DNA from: a virus
Taxonomy: Duplodnaviria; Caudoviricetes
Reading direction: 5' to 3' (one strand)
Virus record (IMG/VR): IMGVR_UViG_3300017700_000656
Location: 1 to 48,920 of that record
DNA: 48,920 bases
A program made the position numbers and the translations under genes. Positions 7,356-15,798 of this stretch are shown in pieces. Each line of letters begins with the position of its first letter. Position 1 is the first letter of the stretch. The notes under the pieces are model-generated. The model did not search any database, had not been told where the DNA came from, and worked only from the letters and a program-made list of their open reading frames with translations.

Positions 7356-9698
7356 ATGTTTCCACCGCAGACGACGCCCTCTCCCGGCTCCCCGTTAGCT
7401 AACCTGGACGCCACGTTGTCGGCGGCGTTCATCGGCGGCAAGGCTCCTACGGTTGGTACCAGCGACCCGTACAAGGATCCGGTCAAGCTGCTGAAGTTGG
7501 CGCGGGCGTGCCGGGACGCCTGCATGGACAACGATCGGTGGATGTACGAGCGCATCTGGTGGCGGAACATCCTCTACATGCTCGGCCGCCAGTGGATCTA
7601 CTTCGACGGCAACCAGAATCAGTGGCGTGACAAGCGGCTGCAGAAGTGGATCCCGCGGCCCGTCACGAACAAGTGCGCGGAGTCGGTGGATTCGATTATC
7701 TCGGTCTTCCAGAGCGTGATTCTCGGCATCACCGCGGCGCCGATGTCCGCGAACACACTGGACGAATCGACGGCGCAAACCTGCAACGCCCTGTCGCCGG
7801 CGCTGCATCTCGAACACAACATGGACAACGTGATGTGGGAGCACGATTGGTGGCTCCTGGTCACGGGCAACGCCTTCCTGCATACCTGGTGGGATCCGAC
7901 GCGCGATCGGGGCAACGTCGTCGTCACGTACGAACGCTGCGTCTCGTGCGCCACCGTCTCGCACCCCAAGGACATCGTGGCGGCCGGCCAGAAGTGCCCG
8001 ACGTGCGGGTCCCCGTCACTCGAGCAGGCGCGCGACGCCGGCGGCGCTCTGATGCAAGAGCAGGTGACGTTCGGCCAGGGCGTCACGGACGCCATCTCGC
8101 CGCTCGAAATATCGGTGCCGAATCCCTATGGTGAATTGGGCGAAATGCCTTTCATCATTCGCAAGCGGTGGCGCGTCAAGTCGTGGTACCAGAAGCACGC
8201 GCCCGACCTGGTGGCGAAGATCCAGTGGGAGAACGCGCCGACCGACCGTTCGCTGCAGCTGTTGCGCGGCATTTCGACCCAGACGGAAATTGGCGCCTCG
8301 CCGGTGTTCGGGGGCACCGGGTCCGCGTCGAACGAGCCGGGCGTCACGGAATACGAGCTCTGGTACAAGCCAACCCCGGAGTGGCCCGAGGGCGTGTTGC
8401 TGCGGTTCACCGACGGCGGCGGCGGCGCATCGGAACTCGTAGAACTCCCCGGCGAGAACATCCCCGGCCCGTTGCCGTTCAAGACACCCAAGGGCGACCG
8501 GCTGATTCCGTTCGTGCATACCCGCTACGAGAAGGTGGGCGGCCGGTTCTGGGCGAAGTCGCCGCTCGATCGGCTCATCCAGAAGCAGGACCAGATCAAC
8601 CAGCTGGACTCGATGATTCAAATGATCATCCAGCGGTGCGCGGCGCCGATTTGGAGCGTCGCCAAGGGCGCGCAAATTCGCAAGTTCTCTGGTGAGCCCG
8701 GGTTCGTCATGGAGCACACGCCGAGTGCGAGTGGCGACACGCGGCCGCAGCGGATTGACGGGTCCGAAGTGCCCGGTTCGCTGTTCAAGATCCGCGAGAT
8801 GTACTACGCCGACTTCGAATCGCTGGCCGGCACGTACGACATCATCAAGGGGTCCAAGCCAGCCGGCGTCGAGGCGTTCTCGGCGATGCAGCTGATGGTC
8901 GAGCAGGGCCAGTCGCGGTTCAAGCCGCAGCTGGCGGCGCGCGGCCGCAGCTACCGCGAGTGGTTCAACCTGGTGATTGAGCTCGAGCGGCAGTTCGGGC
9001 CCGAGGAACGGGTGTGGCAAGCGTTGGGCCCGAACCAACAGTGGACCTACCAGAAGTTCCAGCACGCGCAACTGCAAGGCAACATTCGCATCATGGTCGA
9101 GGACGGGTCGAACGTCCCGAAGACCTCGCTGGGCAAGCGCGCCGCGGTGCAGCAGTTGCAGCAGATGGGCGTGATCGACGCGAAGAACCCGGAGATTGGG
9201 TTCCGCATCGCCAAGATTTTCGGCCAGGCGGATTTGCTGCCCGGGACCGATGCGCAGGTGAGTTTCGCGCTGCGCGTCCAGAACGAATTCGAGGAATGGG
9301 CCATGGTGGCGCAGTTGACGCCCGGGGCGCCGATGGCGGACCCGATGACCGGCGCGATCGTGATGGGGGCGCCGCAGGTGACGCCGCCGCCGCCAGGCAA
9401 GCGTCTGCCGTGGCAAAACGCCCAGGTGTTCGTCGCGGAGCATACGAAGTGGGCGTGCTCCGATCGCGTCACCGAATTGATGCGCGAAAAGCCGTGGCTC
9501 GAGAGCATGGTGGCGTGGCTGATTCAACAGCACGAAATGGCCGCCATGGCGCAAGCCGCGATGGCTGTCGGCGCCAAGACGGCGGTGACGCCAGGGGCTC
9601 CCGGCATGGGCCAGGCGATGACCAATTCCAACCGCGAAAGTGGCAACCCGGGCGACGTTCCAGGTGCCGGCAACAACGCGACCGCCCCACCGGTGTAA
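7356..9698 (+). CDS. Portal protein (780 aa) with Zn-ribbon insertion
   Basis: Position after TerL, size, and portal-like motifs YMLGRQW, PVTNK, SPLDRLIQKQDQIN. Confidence 0.85.
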   Translation: MFPPQTTPSPGSPLANLDATLSAAFIGGKAPTVGTSDPYKDPVKLLKLARACRDACMDNDRWMYERIWWRNILYMLGRQWIYFDGNQNQWRDKRLQKWIPRPVTNKCAESVDSIISVFQSVILGITAAPMSANTLDESTAQTCNALSPALHLEHNMDNVMWEHDWWLLVTGNAFLHTWWDPTRDRGNVVVTYERCVSCATVSHPKDIVAAGQKCPTCGSPSLEQARDAGGALMQEQVTFGQGVTDAISPLEISVPNPYGELGEMPFIIRKRWRVKSWYQKHAPDLVAKIQWENAPTDRSLQLLRGISTQTEIGASPVFGGTGSASNEPGVTEYELWYKPTPEWPEGVLLRFTDGGGGASELVELPGENIPGPLPFKTPKGDRLIPFVHTRYEKVGGRFWAKSPLDRLIQKQDQINQLDSMIQMIIQRCAAPIWSVAKGAQIRKFSGEPGFVMEHTPSASGDTRPQRIDGSEVPGSLFKIREMYYADFESLAGTYDIIKGSKPAGVEAFSAMQLMVEQGQSRFKPQLAARGRSYREWFNLVIELERQFGPEERVWQALGPNQQWTYQKFQHAQLQGNIRIMVEDGSNVPKTSLGKRAAVQQLQQMGVIDAKNPEIGFRIAKIFGQADLLPGTDAQVSFALRVQNEFEEWAMVAQLTPGAPMADPMTGAIVMGAPQVTPPPPGKRLPWQNAQVFVAEHTKWACSDRVTELMREKPWLESMVAWLIQQHEMAAMAQAAMAVGAKTAVTPGAPGMGQAMTNSNRESGNPGDVPGAGNNATAPPV

Positions 9699-9707
9699 TA
9701 TGGGCCG

Positions 9708-10268
9708 GTGGGCCGGCAAGCATCCTCGAATTTCTGCTTCGGATTCAATAGCGCCATCGCGCCAAATCTGGCCGAGATATATCCGTTCTGGACGTTCAAT
9801 GCTGTCGTGAACGTGTCCGGTGATGTGTCGGTTGGCATGGTCAGTCAACAGAACGAATTGCGGGAAGTATTCGTGCCGGCTGCGTTGGCCGAAGCGATGT
9901 GCGAATCTGAAGTAAATTTCCGCAATGGCATCGCTTGGATCCGCTCACGTGTGGGTGAGATCATCGCGCCGCCGAACCAGCGAGAAATGGCCGCCCGTGG
10001 TCGGCGTGCGGGAAAGACGTTCGCGTCAATGGGGCAAAAACCTTTGGCGTCAACTGGCGGTCTGACCATCGACAAACTACAGGCCATGTTTGCTGATCTC
10101 GAGCGTCCACCGGCAGACAACTACGCGAAGAACATGCGATTTGCGCTGGGGCAACAGTGGGTGACGAAGGTCACGCTTGGTGACGAGGATGACCCGGTGC
10201 CGGTGTGCCCTGACCCGATTCCGATAGCCGCTCTGCCGCGCCCGGCGCGGGCCTACTTCGAAGACTAA
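9708..10268 (+). CDS. Mosaic protein carrying terminase-, capsid- and portal-like peptides (candidate decoy)
   Basis: Fills the portal-scaffold gap. Contains GRRAGKT, ASTGGLTIDKLQAM and NMRFALGQQWV in tandem. Start codon uncertain. Confidence 0.75.
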   Translation: MGRQASSNFCFGFNSAIAPNLAEIYPFWTFNAVVNVSGDVSVGMVSQQNELREVFVPAALAEAMCESEVNFRNGIAWIRSRVGEIIAPPNQREMAARGRRAGKTFASMGQKPLASTGGLTIDKLQAMFADLERPPADNYAKNMRFALGQQWVTKVTLGDEDDPVPVCPDPIPIAALPRPARAYFED

Positions 10269-10282
10269 GTTCGGCCTGTCGC

Positions 10283-10312
10283 TTGACTTCTCGAAACGAC
10301 CTCGCGTAACCT
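10283..10312 (+). promoter_or_regulatory. Sigma70-type promoter for scaffold/capsid genes
   Basis: TTGACT-N18-TAACCT ends 8 nt before the ATG at 10321; no SD sequence. Confidence 0.55.
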
Positions 10313-10320
10313 CTCGGTCC

Positions 10321-11295
10321 ATGCACGGATTCTGGCGACACTTTGGCACCTTCGCGGCGTTGACCGTTCCCTTCATGGGGCCGGAAGATGTGGGGAGTGG
10401 TGCCGCGGTGGCCGACCCGGAATACGCAGTTCCAGCAGGCGTTGGCGCGGGTGGCGGCTCAGGCCGCCAGGATGACGCAGCGGGTGCCCCCACGTCCGGC
10501 ACTCCGAATTCGGGTACTGGCGGGGAGCCAGCAGCGGGGGCGTCACGCGACGGCGCCTCAGCCCAGAACCCGAATCCGAATGCGCCAGCGGCCGGAACTC
10601 CGAGTGCCCTCCCTGCAGGTCGTTCCGAAGAAATTGCGCGTCGCGCCGAACAGGCCGAACTTGCAAGTCTTCGTCAGATCGTCCAAGGCCAAAGTGGCAT
10701 CCTCGAAAAGTTGCAGGCGGTGTTTGCGCCGGCAAAGACGGGTGATCCCAGGACGGAAGCGATTCGCGCCCGGCTGTTCGAAGCCGTGCCCGAACTCAAG
10801 CCGCTTCTCGGACTGAATCCCGAGGAAATCACGAAGGCTCTTGGTGCGATTCCCGCGTTTCAACGCCAGCACGATACCCATTGGTCGACGTTTGCCGAAC
10901 GCACGATGGCCACCGTCTACGAGAAGGTGACGCCGTTCATTCTCGGCGCCGAGGGGAAAGCGGACCAGTTGACCCAGGACCAGAAGGACGAACTGGCCGA
11001 AGGGTTCCGCAATTGGTGCTTGCGTGATCGAACGGGAGAGCGTGTCAATCGCTACGAGCGTGGCGACGGCAAGCTGCTTGACGAATTTCGGGACCACTAC
11101 GCGGGTATCCACCACGCGCCGGCGCATCGCGCCAACGTGGTTGCGGCGGCCACTCGGGCTGCAGCAGGCAAGGCCGTTCCTCTCGCGGGACGCGCCGATG
11201 CCACGGGCACTCCGGTCCCCAAGGTCGATCCTGCCGACGAAGACGCCATCCACGGTGCGGCTTGGAAGCACGTCAGCAACGCGCTGCGCGGCTAG
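10321..11295 (+). CDS. Putative scaffolding protein
   Basis: Directly upstream of the MCP; G/A/P-rich disordered N-terminus followed by helical regions. Confidence 0.7.
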   Translation: MHGFWRHFGTFAALTVPFMGPEDVGSGAAVADPEYAVPAGVGAGGGSGRQDDAAGAPTSGTPNSGTGGEPAAGASRDGASAQNPNPNAPAAGTPSALPAGRSEEIARRAEQAELASLRQIVQGQSGILEKLQAVFAPAKTGDPRTEAIRARLFEAVPELKPLLGLNPEEITKALGAIPAFQRQHDTHWSTFAERTMATVYEKVTPFILGAEGKADQLTQDQKDELAEGFRNWCLRDRTGERVNRYERGDGKLLDEFRDHYAGIHHAPAHRANVVAAATRAAAGKAVPLAGRADATGTPVPKVDPADEDAIHGAAWKHVSNALRG

Positions 11296-11327
11296 TCCAA
11301 GTTCGACGCTGTAGAACGGCGGTTCAA

Positions 11328-12749
11328 ATGGTTCCTTATCGCTTCATGCGGGCGGCTGCGGCCCTCGTGTGTCTGTTTGTTGTTTCCCTCGTCAGTTCTG
11401 CGGCCGGCTTCCCGTTGTTCGGCCCGACGGCCGTCATCGCGGCCGGCGTCAACACACAGCTGTTTGGCGGCTTGTACAAGACCGTCTACGAAGACTTCGT
11501 GGGCGAATCCACCCTGAACCGGTTCCCCATCAAGGACATGTTCAAGATGGAGACGGCCGAGTACGCCGGCCAGGATGTGGTCTACACCCAGCACGTCTCG
11601 CGCAACATCTCACCCATGTGGACGGGTGAAGATTCGGCGTTCGGCGCGGCTGGTGCGCAGGGCTACGTCAAGGTGCATATCGGCCAGCGCAAGCTCATGG
11701 CTCGTATTCGCCTGACCTCCGAAGTGATGCTCGATTCAATGAAGTCCGAAGGCGCGTTCCGTTCGGCCCGCAAGGACGAAATGACGCGGCTGGTCGATGA
11801 CATCGCGCGCATGGAGGAATACAGCTTCACGACCGACGGCCGCGGTGTGCTGTCGCTGGTCGATGACGCCAGCCCGAACGGCTCGACCACGCTCACGGTG
11901 GACGCGCCCGGCGGTATCACCGGCGACGACTTCGGCAACCGGTTCTTCCTGCCCGGCATGTACATCGCGTGGGTCAACCCGGCAACGGGCGAACTGCGCA
12001 CGGGCGTCCGCAAGGTCGTCTCGTGCTCGGAGGATGGCGCCTCAATCGTGATCGATGCGGTGTGCGATGCGTCGGTGGCCGACAACGACTACATCGTGCA
12101 GGCGGCGAACTCGAGCGTGACCGACATTCTCGACACGTCGTACGAGCACGCGGCCTGGGGCCTGACGGCGCTGTTCGATGACGGCACCTACCGGAACAAC
12201 TACTTCAACGTGGACCGCGATCTCTGGCCGGCGTTCCAGACCTACGTGAAGGCGTCGACCGGCGTGCTGTCGGAAGACGTGTTCCAGCAGATGGCCGATG
12301 TGTCGGAGCAGCGCCTTGGCGCCACGATCGACACCCTGACCATGCACCAGTCGATTCGCCGCCTGGTCATCGCCATCACGCAGCCCGATCGCCGCTACAG
12401 CGGCAACAACCTGCAGCGGCCCGATGCCGGCACGGCGGCGTTCACCCAGGGTGATTTGCCGTTCGGAGGCGTAGACATCAAGGCGCTGCGCACGCACCCT
12501 CTGGCGATGGTGTTTGGTATCGACAAGAAGAACTGCGGTGCCGTGCGCTACACGTCCGATAAGGGTTCGTGGGTCGATGAAGACGAGCGCGTGTTCGTGC
12601 GCGTCGGCTCGGGTGACTCGGGCCGCGATTCGTTCGAGGCGTGGTACCGCAAGCGTTACCAGAACCACGTCCGCTACCCCGCGAAGGGCTTCCGCATGGA
12701 CGGCATCACCGGCCAGTCCTTGATTGTGGTCCGCGAGGCGGGTTCGTAA
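11328..12749 (+). CDS. Major capsid protein (HK97-fold type) with a hydrophobic N-terminal leader
   Basis: Position after the scaffold, size, strong codon bias, and a downstream terminator. ATG at 11328 (alternative 11346). Confidence 0.85.
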   Translation: MVPYRFMRAAAALVCLFVVSLVSSAAGFPLFGPTAVIAAGVNTQLFGGLYKTVYEDFVGESTLNRFPIKDMFKMETAEYAGQDVVYTQHVSRNISPMWTGEDSAFGAAGAQGYVKVHIGQRKLMARIRLTSEVMLDSMKSEGAFRSARKDEMTRLVDDIARMEEYSFTTDGRGVLSLVDDASPNGSTTLTVDAPGGITGDDFGNRFFLPGMYIAWVNPATGELRTGVRKVVSCSEDGASIVIDAVCDASVADNDYIVQAANSSVTDILDTSYEHAAWGLTALFDDGTYRNNYFNVDRDLWPAFQTYVKASTGVLSEDVFQQMADVSEQRLGATIDTLTMHQSIRRLVIAITQPDRRYSGNNLQRPDAGTAAFTQGDLPFGGVDIKALRTHPLAMVFGIDKKNCGAVRYTSDKGSWVDEDERVFVRVGSGDSGRDSFEAWYRKRYQNHVRYPAKGFRMDGITGQSLIVVREAGS

Positions 12750-12771
12750 GACCGCCCACAACCTGACACCA

Positions 12772-12816
12772 GGTGGTCCAGCCGTAGTTATGAGACGGCT
12801 GGACCATCGTTTTCTT
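12772..12816 (+). terminator. Intrinsic terminator after the capsid gene
   Basis: 14-bp stem GGTGGTCCAGCCGT/ACGGCTGGACCATC followed by GTTTTCTT. Confidence 0.75.
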
Positions 12817-12850
12817 CGCAACCCTTTGGCACTCGAAAAAGGAAACTCAC

Positions 12851-13393
12851 ATGGCACAGCGCAACCAGACCATCGTCCTCGTCGTCAACCGTTCGACCCA
12901 GCCGCTCGATTGCATGTCGGACGGCCAGCCGATCACCGTGCGCCCCGGCTACAAGCTGGTGCCCGACATTGACGAGCAGACCGGTCAACAGAAACTCAGC
13001 CCCGCCAACAAGGCGCCGATGTTCAAGGTCATTGGGGCGGCCCCGGACGGCCGCGTGGCGTGCGAACCGATGACGGTGGGCGCGGCCAAGCGTTGCCGCC
13101 GCCAGCACCCCGTCATGGGCACCGAAGACCCGGAAATTCAGGGTTCGGCCGACTTCCTGATCGCCATTCCGTCCCTCGGCGGTGCCGCGGCGGACTATTC
13201 ATATCTCGAGCAGACCGACATGCCCGAAGCCCTCGATCGCTCCCTGCTGGTGCAACCGGGTTCGCGGGCGGTGCTCGTGACGCGCGGCCGCCGCAAGCTG
13301 CCGAAGCGTGGCTCGTCGGGCCTCAACCGGGCCAGCGTCTACATGCCCGAACTCTACAACCCGAACGGTATCGGTTCGGCGGGGATGCGCTAA
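12851..13393 (+). CDS. Hypothetical late protein (180 aa)
   Basis: AAGGAA RBS; sits in the structural operon. Confidence 0.8.
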   Translation: MAQRNQTIVLVVNRSTQPLDCMSDGQPITVRPGYKLVPDIDEQTGQQKLSPANKAPMFKVIGAAPDGRVACEPMTVGAAKRCRRQHPVMGTEDPEIQGSADFLIAIPSLGGAAADYSYLEQTDMPEALDRSLLVQPGSRAVLVTRGRRKLPKRGSSGLNRASVYMPELYNPNGIGSAGMR

Positions 13394-14025
13394 TGGGCTT
13401 GCTCGAGAACCACGCCGGCGCGCGGCGCACGGAGAACTACATCCCCACGGTGAGCCCCTACAGCTTGCCGAAGCCGGCGGACTGGTTTCTCGATGAGCTC
13501 TATGCGTTCGACCCGGCGCTGCGCATTTTCCCGTCGCTCGACCAGCCGTTGTATCGCATCATGCGCGTGATGACGACTTCCCAGCCGTGGACCGTGTTCA
13601 TGGACAAGAAGCCGGACACCGCGATCGCGGTGCGTTTCAACCTCTACCCGGTCACGAGCGTGAATCCTTCGACGTTGCTTGGGTTCTCGTGGGGCCGAGT
13701 GCTGCTGGACCTGCAGGAGCGGGACCAGTGGCGGTTCAAGAATGCCGGCGCCGTCACGCGCCAGTTGGAAGGCCACGAAGTGGCGGCCGAACAGCGGTTG
13801 ATTGCCGGCCAGGCCGACGAAGCGGACATGCGTTCGATCGACATGTATCGTGCCTACCAGGGCATGAACGGTTCGCGCACGTCGTTGGCCTACGCGACGC
13901 CCGATGGCGCGCGGAGCAAGTCTCTCTCGGGGCGCCCCCGTCGCGCCTATCGTCCCCAGAATGCGGGCGCGGGCGCATTCTTTACCGGCCGTACAGGGGC
14001 CGCAGCGACGCCGGGACGCCCGTAG
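13393..14025 (+). CDS. Hypothetical late protein (210 aa)
   Basis: TAATG overlap with the upstream stop; begins MGLLENH. Confidence 0.8.
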   Translation: MGLLENHAGARRTENYIPTVSPYSLPKPADWFLDELYAFDPALRIFPSLDQPLYRIMRVMTTSQPWTVFMDKKPDTAIAVRFNLYPVTSVNPSTLLGFSWGRVLLDLQERDQWRFKNAGAVTRQLEGHEVAAEQRLIAGQADEADMRSIDMYRAYQGMNGSRTSLAYATPDGARSKSLSGRPRRAYRPQNAGAGAFFTGRTGAAATPGRP

Positions 14026-14052
14026 GGGCGCGGCGCGCGTTAGGAGTCAGTC

Positions 14053-14517
14053 ATGGCGTTGGTTCTCGAAAACATCAATCTGGTCGTCCAGAAGACGTAC
14101 CCCGATTCCCGTTGGCCCGGTGTCGCGGAAAACCTGCGTGCGCTGTGGAAGCACATGCAATCGCTGCGCAACCCGGACCTGAAGATCAAGATGTTCTCCG
14201 GGCTGGCCTCGGCGGACGTCGTGGTGTCGGATGCGGCGTGCAAGGTGTTCGCGCTGTTCATCAAGAAGCCCACCGCGTCGACCACGGACGCCTGGTTCAA
14301 GGCGTCGAACCACGCGACCGCCGCGGCCGCGAACGGTGACTTCACCACGTTCCTCGTCGGCACCGCCGGCGGCGGCCGTGAATACTGCCCGACCTACAAC
14401 GACGGTCTGCCGTTCGGCACCGGTTGCACGGTCGGGTGCCACACCACGGTGAACGGCAACACCAAGTCGGCGGCGGCTGATGCCGCGACCGGCTTCGTGA
14501 TCGTCGGCGCGCCGTAA
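14053..14517 (+). CDS. Putative virion structural protein (154 aa)
   Basis: AGGAG RBS; A/G/T-rich, beta-rich composition. Confidence 0.75.
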   Translation: MALVLENINLVVQKTYPDSRWPGVAENLRALWKHMQSLRNPDLKIKMFSGLASADVVVSDAACKVFALFIKKPTASTTDAWFKASNHATAAAANGDFTTFLVGTAGGGREYCPTYNDGLPFGTGCTVGCHTTVNGNTKSAAADAATGFVIVGAP

Positions 14518-14538
14518 GTTCTCTCGGGTTGGTCAACC

Positions 14539-14574
14539 GGGGTGCCTCGCTCGTGCGCGTGGCACCCCCTCTTT
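14539..14574 (+). terminator. GC-rich hairpin, possible weak terminator
   Basis: GGGGTGCC/GGCACCCC stem followed by CTCTTT, in an intergenic gap. Confidence 0.45.
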
Positions 14575-14591
14575 GCAGGAGCACGTATCAC

Positions 14592-15200
14592 ATGGCCATT
14601 CGATTCATCGACAAGTTGACCTCCATCGTGGTGGGTGGCGCGTTCCGCGACTATCCCCAGGCGACGCCGATCGCGTACGACACGGCGGACGACAAGGTGA
14701 AGTTTCTCGACAATGACGGCACGACCATTCGGTCGGTCGTCTCCGAGGACCAGACCCAGACTCTTACCAACAAGACGCTGACCACCCCGACGATCGACGG
14801 TGTTGCGCAATCGGCGCTGAACGATCGGCAGATCATCACCGAAGTGTTTGCCATTACCGGCGCGGCGCTGCACGCGGGCGTGCTGGCAGCGGTAACGTTC
14901 CCGGCGGCGGCTATCATCTTGCGGGCGCTGTTGAACGTCACCACGGTGGCGACGGCGGCTTGCACGATCGACGTGGGCTACACCGCGGTGTCGGCCACCA
15001 CGGGGTCGGACACGCTGCTTGATGGCATTGATGCCAATGCGGCAACCATCCTGGCTGACTCGATGGATGCCACTCTTGACAGTGGCGCGAACGCGAAAGC
15101 GCAGCTGGCGGCGTCGGCTAAGTGGGTCACGGTGCAGGAGAAGACCGGCGACGCGACGGGCCTGGTTGGCACCCTGACGGTGCAGTACATCCTGCAGTAA
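14592..15200 (+). CDS. Putative capsid decoration or head fibre protein (202 aa)
   Basis: AGGAG RBS; fibre-type motif TQTLTNKTLTTPTI; beta-sandwich-like C-terminus. Confidence 0.7.
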   Translation: MAIRFIDKLTSIVVGGAFRDYPQATPIAYDTADDKVKFLDNDGTTIRSVVSEDQTQTLTNKTLTTPTIDGVAQSALNDRQIITEVFAITGAALHAGVLAAVTFPAAAIILRALLNVTTVATAACTIDVGYTAVSATTGSDTLLDGIDANAATILADSMDATLDSGANAKAQLAASAKWVTVQEKTGDATGLVGTLTVQYILQ

Positions 15201-15212
15201 AGGACGGACCCC

Positions 15213-15629
15213 ATGGGTGTCGCGGTCAAGAACCGGAACTACAACACGCAGTTCAAGGACGTCGGCGGCCGGCTGAAACTGGCCGCCGGCGATGGCGACC
15301 AAACGCTGGTGGCGTGCCCGAATGCGTACTTCTCGATCTTCATCCAGAAAATCCGGGTGAACGTCACGACGGATGCGGCGCAATCGTGTTCCTTCGAGGA
15401 CACGGCTTCGACGCCGAAGAAGCTGGCTCAGGTGATTGCGTCACCCGGGCTGGGCTACCAGGAGTGGGATTACGGTCCCATGGGGTTCCAGCTGACCGAA
15501 GCGAAGGACTTCGTGGCGAACGTGAGTGCCGCGGGCCTGGCCATGGAAATCGAGTGGGAAGGCTACGCGCGGGCGACGGCGGCCTCTCGGCCGGCCGGCA
15601 ACCGGGCGTCGGGCGTGTCGGTGGCCTAG
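15213..15629 (+). CDS. Putative virion structural protein (138 aa)
   Basis: AAGGA RBS; beta-rich composition. Confidence 0.7.
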   Translation: MGVAVKNRNYNTQFKDVGGRLKLAAGDGDQTLVACPNAYFSIFIQKIRVNVTTDAAQSCSFEDTASTPKKLAQVIASPGLGYQEWDYGPMGFQLTEAKDFVANVSAAGLAMEIEWEGYARATAASRPAGNRASGVSVA

Positions 15630-15633
15630 CACC

Positions 15634-15798
15634 ATGAAAACCAAACTGATCGTCGTTGTCGCGTTTGTCGCCGGGGTGCTCGTGAGTGGGCACCCCGTCG
15701 TCGCGCAATCAATCACGCGCATCTACGGGACCGTGAGCGGTGCCCCGATTGCCTTGCTGGCGAACAGCAGCGGCGTGCTGAGGGTCGTATGCGAATAA
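15634..15798 (+). CDS. Signal-peptide microprotein (54 aa), duplicate of the next gene's N-terminus
   Basis: MKTKLIVVVAFVAGVLVSGHPVVA-Q followed by RIYGTVSGAPIALLANSSGVLRV. Confidence 0.75.
   Translation: MKTKLIVVVAFVAGVLVSGHPVVAQSITRIYGTVSGAPIALLANSSGVLRVVCE

Noticed and set aside
8016-9848. Long antisense ORFs (also 4991-6022, 26544-27758, 35355-36515, 37758-38750)
   Set aside because: These are shadows of real genes produced by high-GC codon bias, with no RBS or recognisable motifs.
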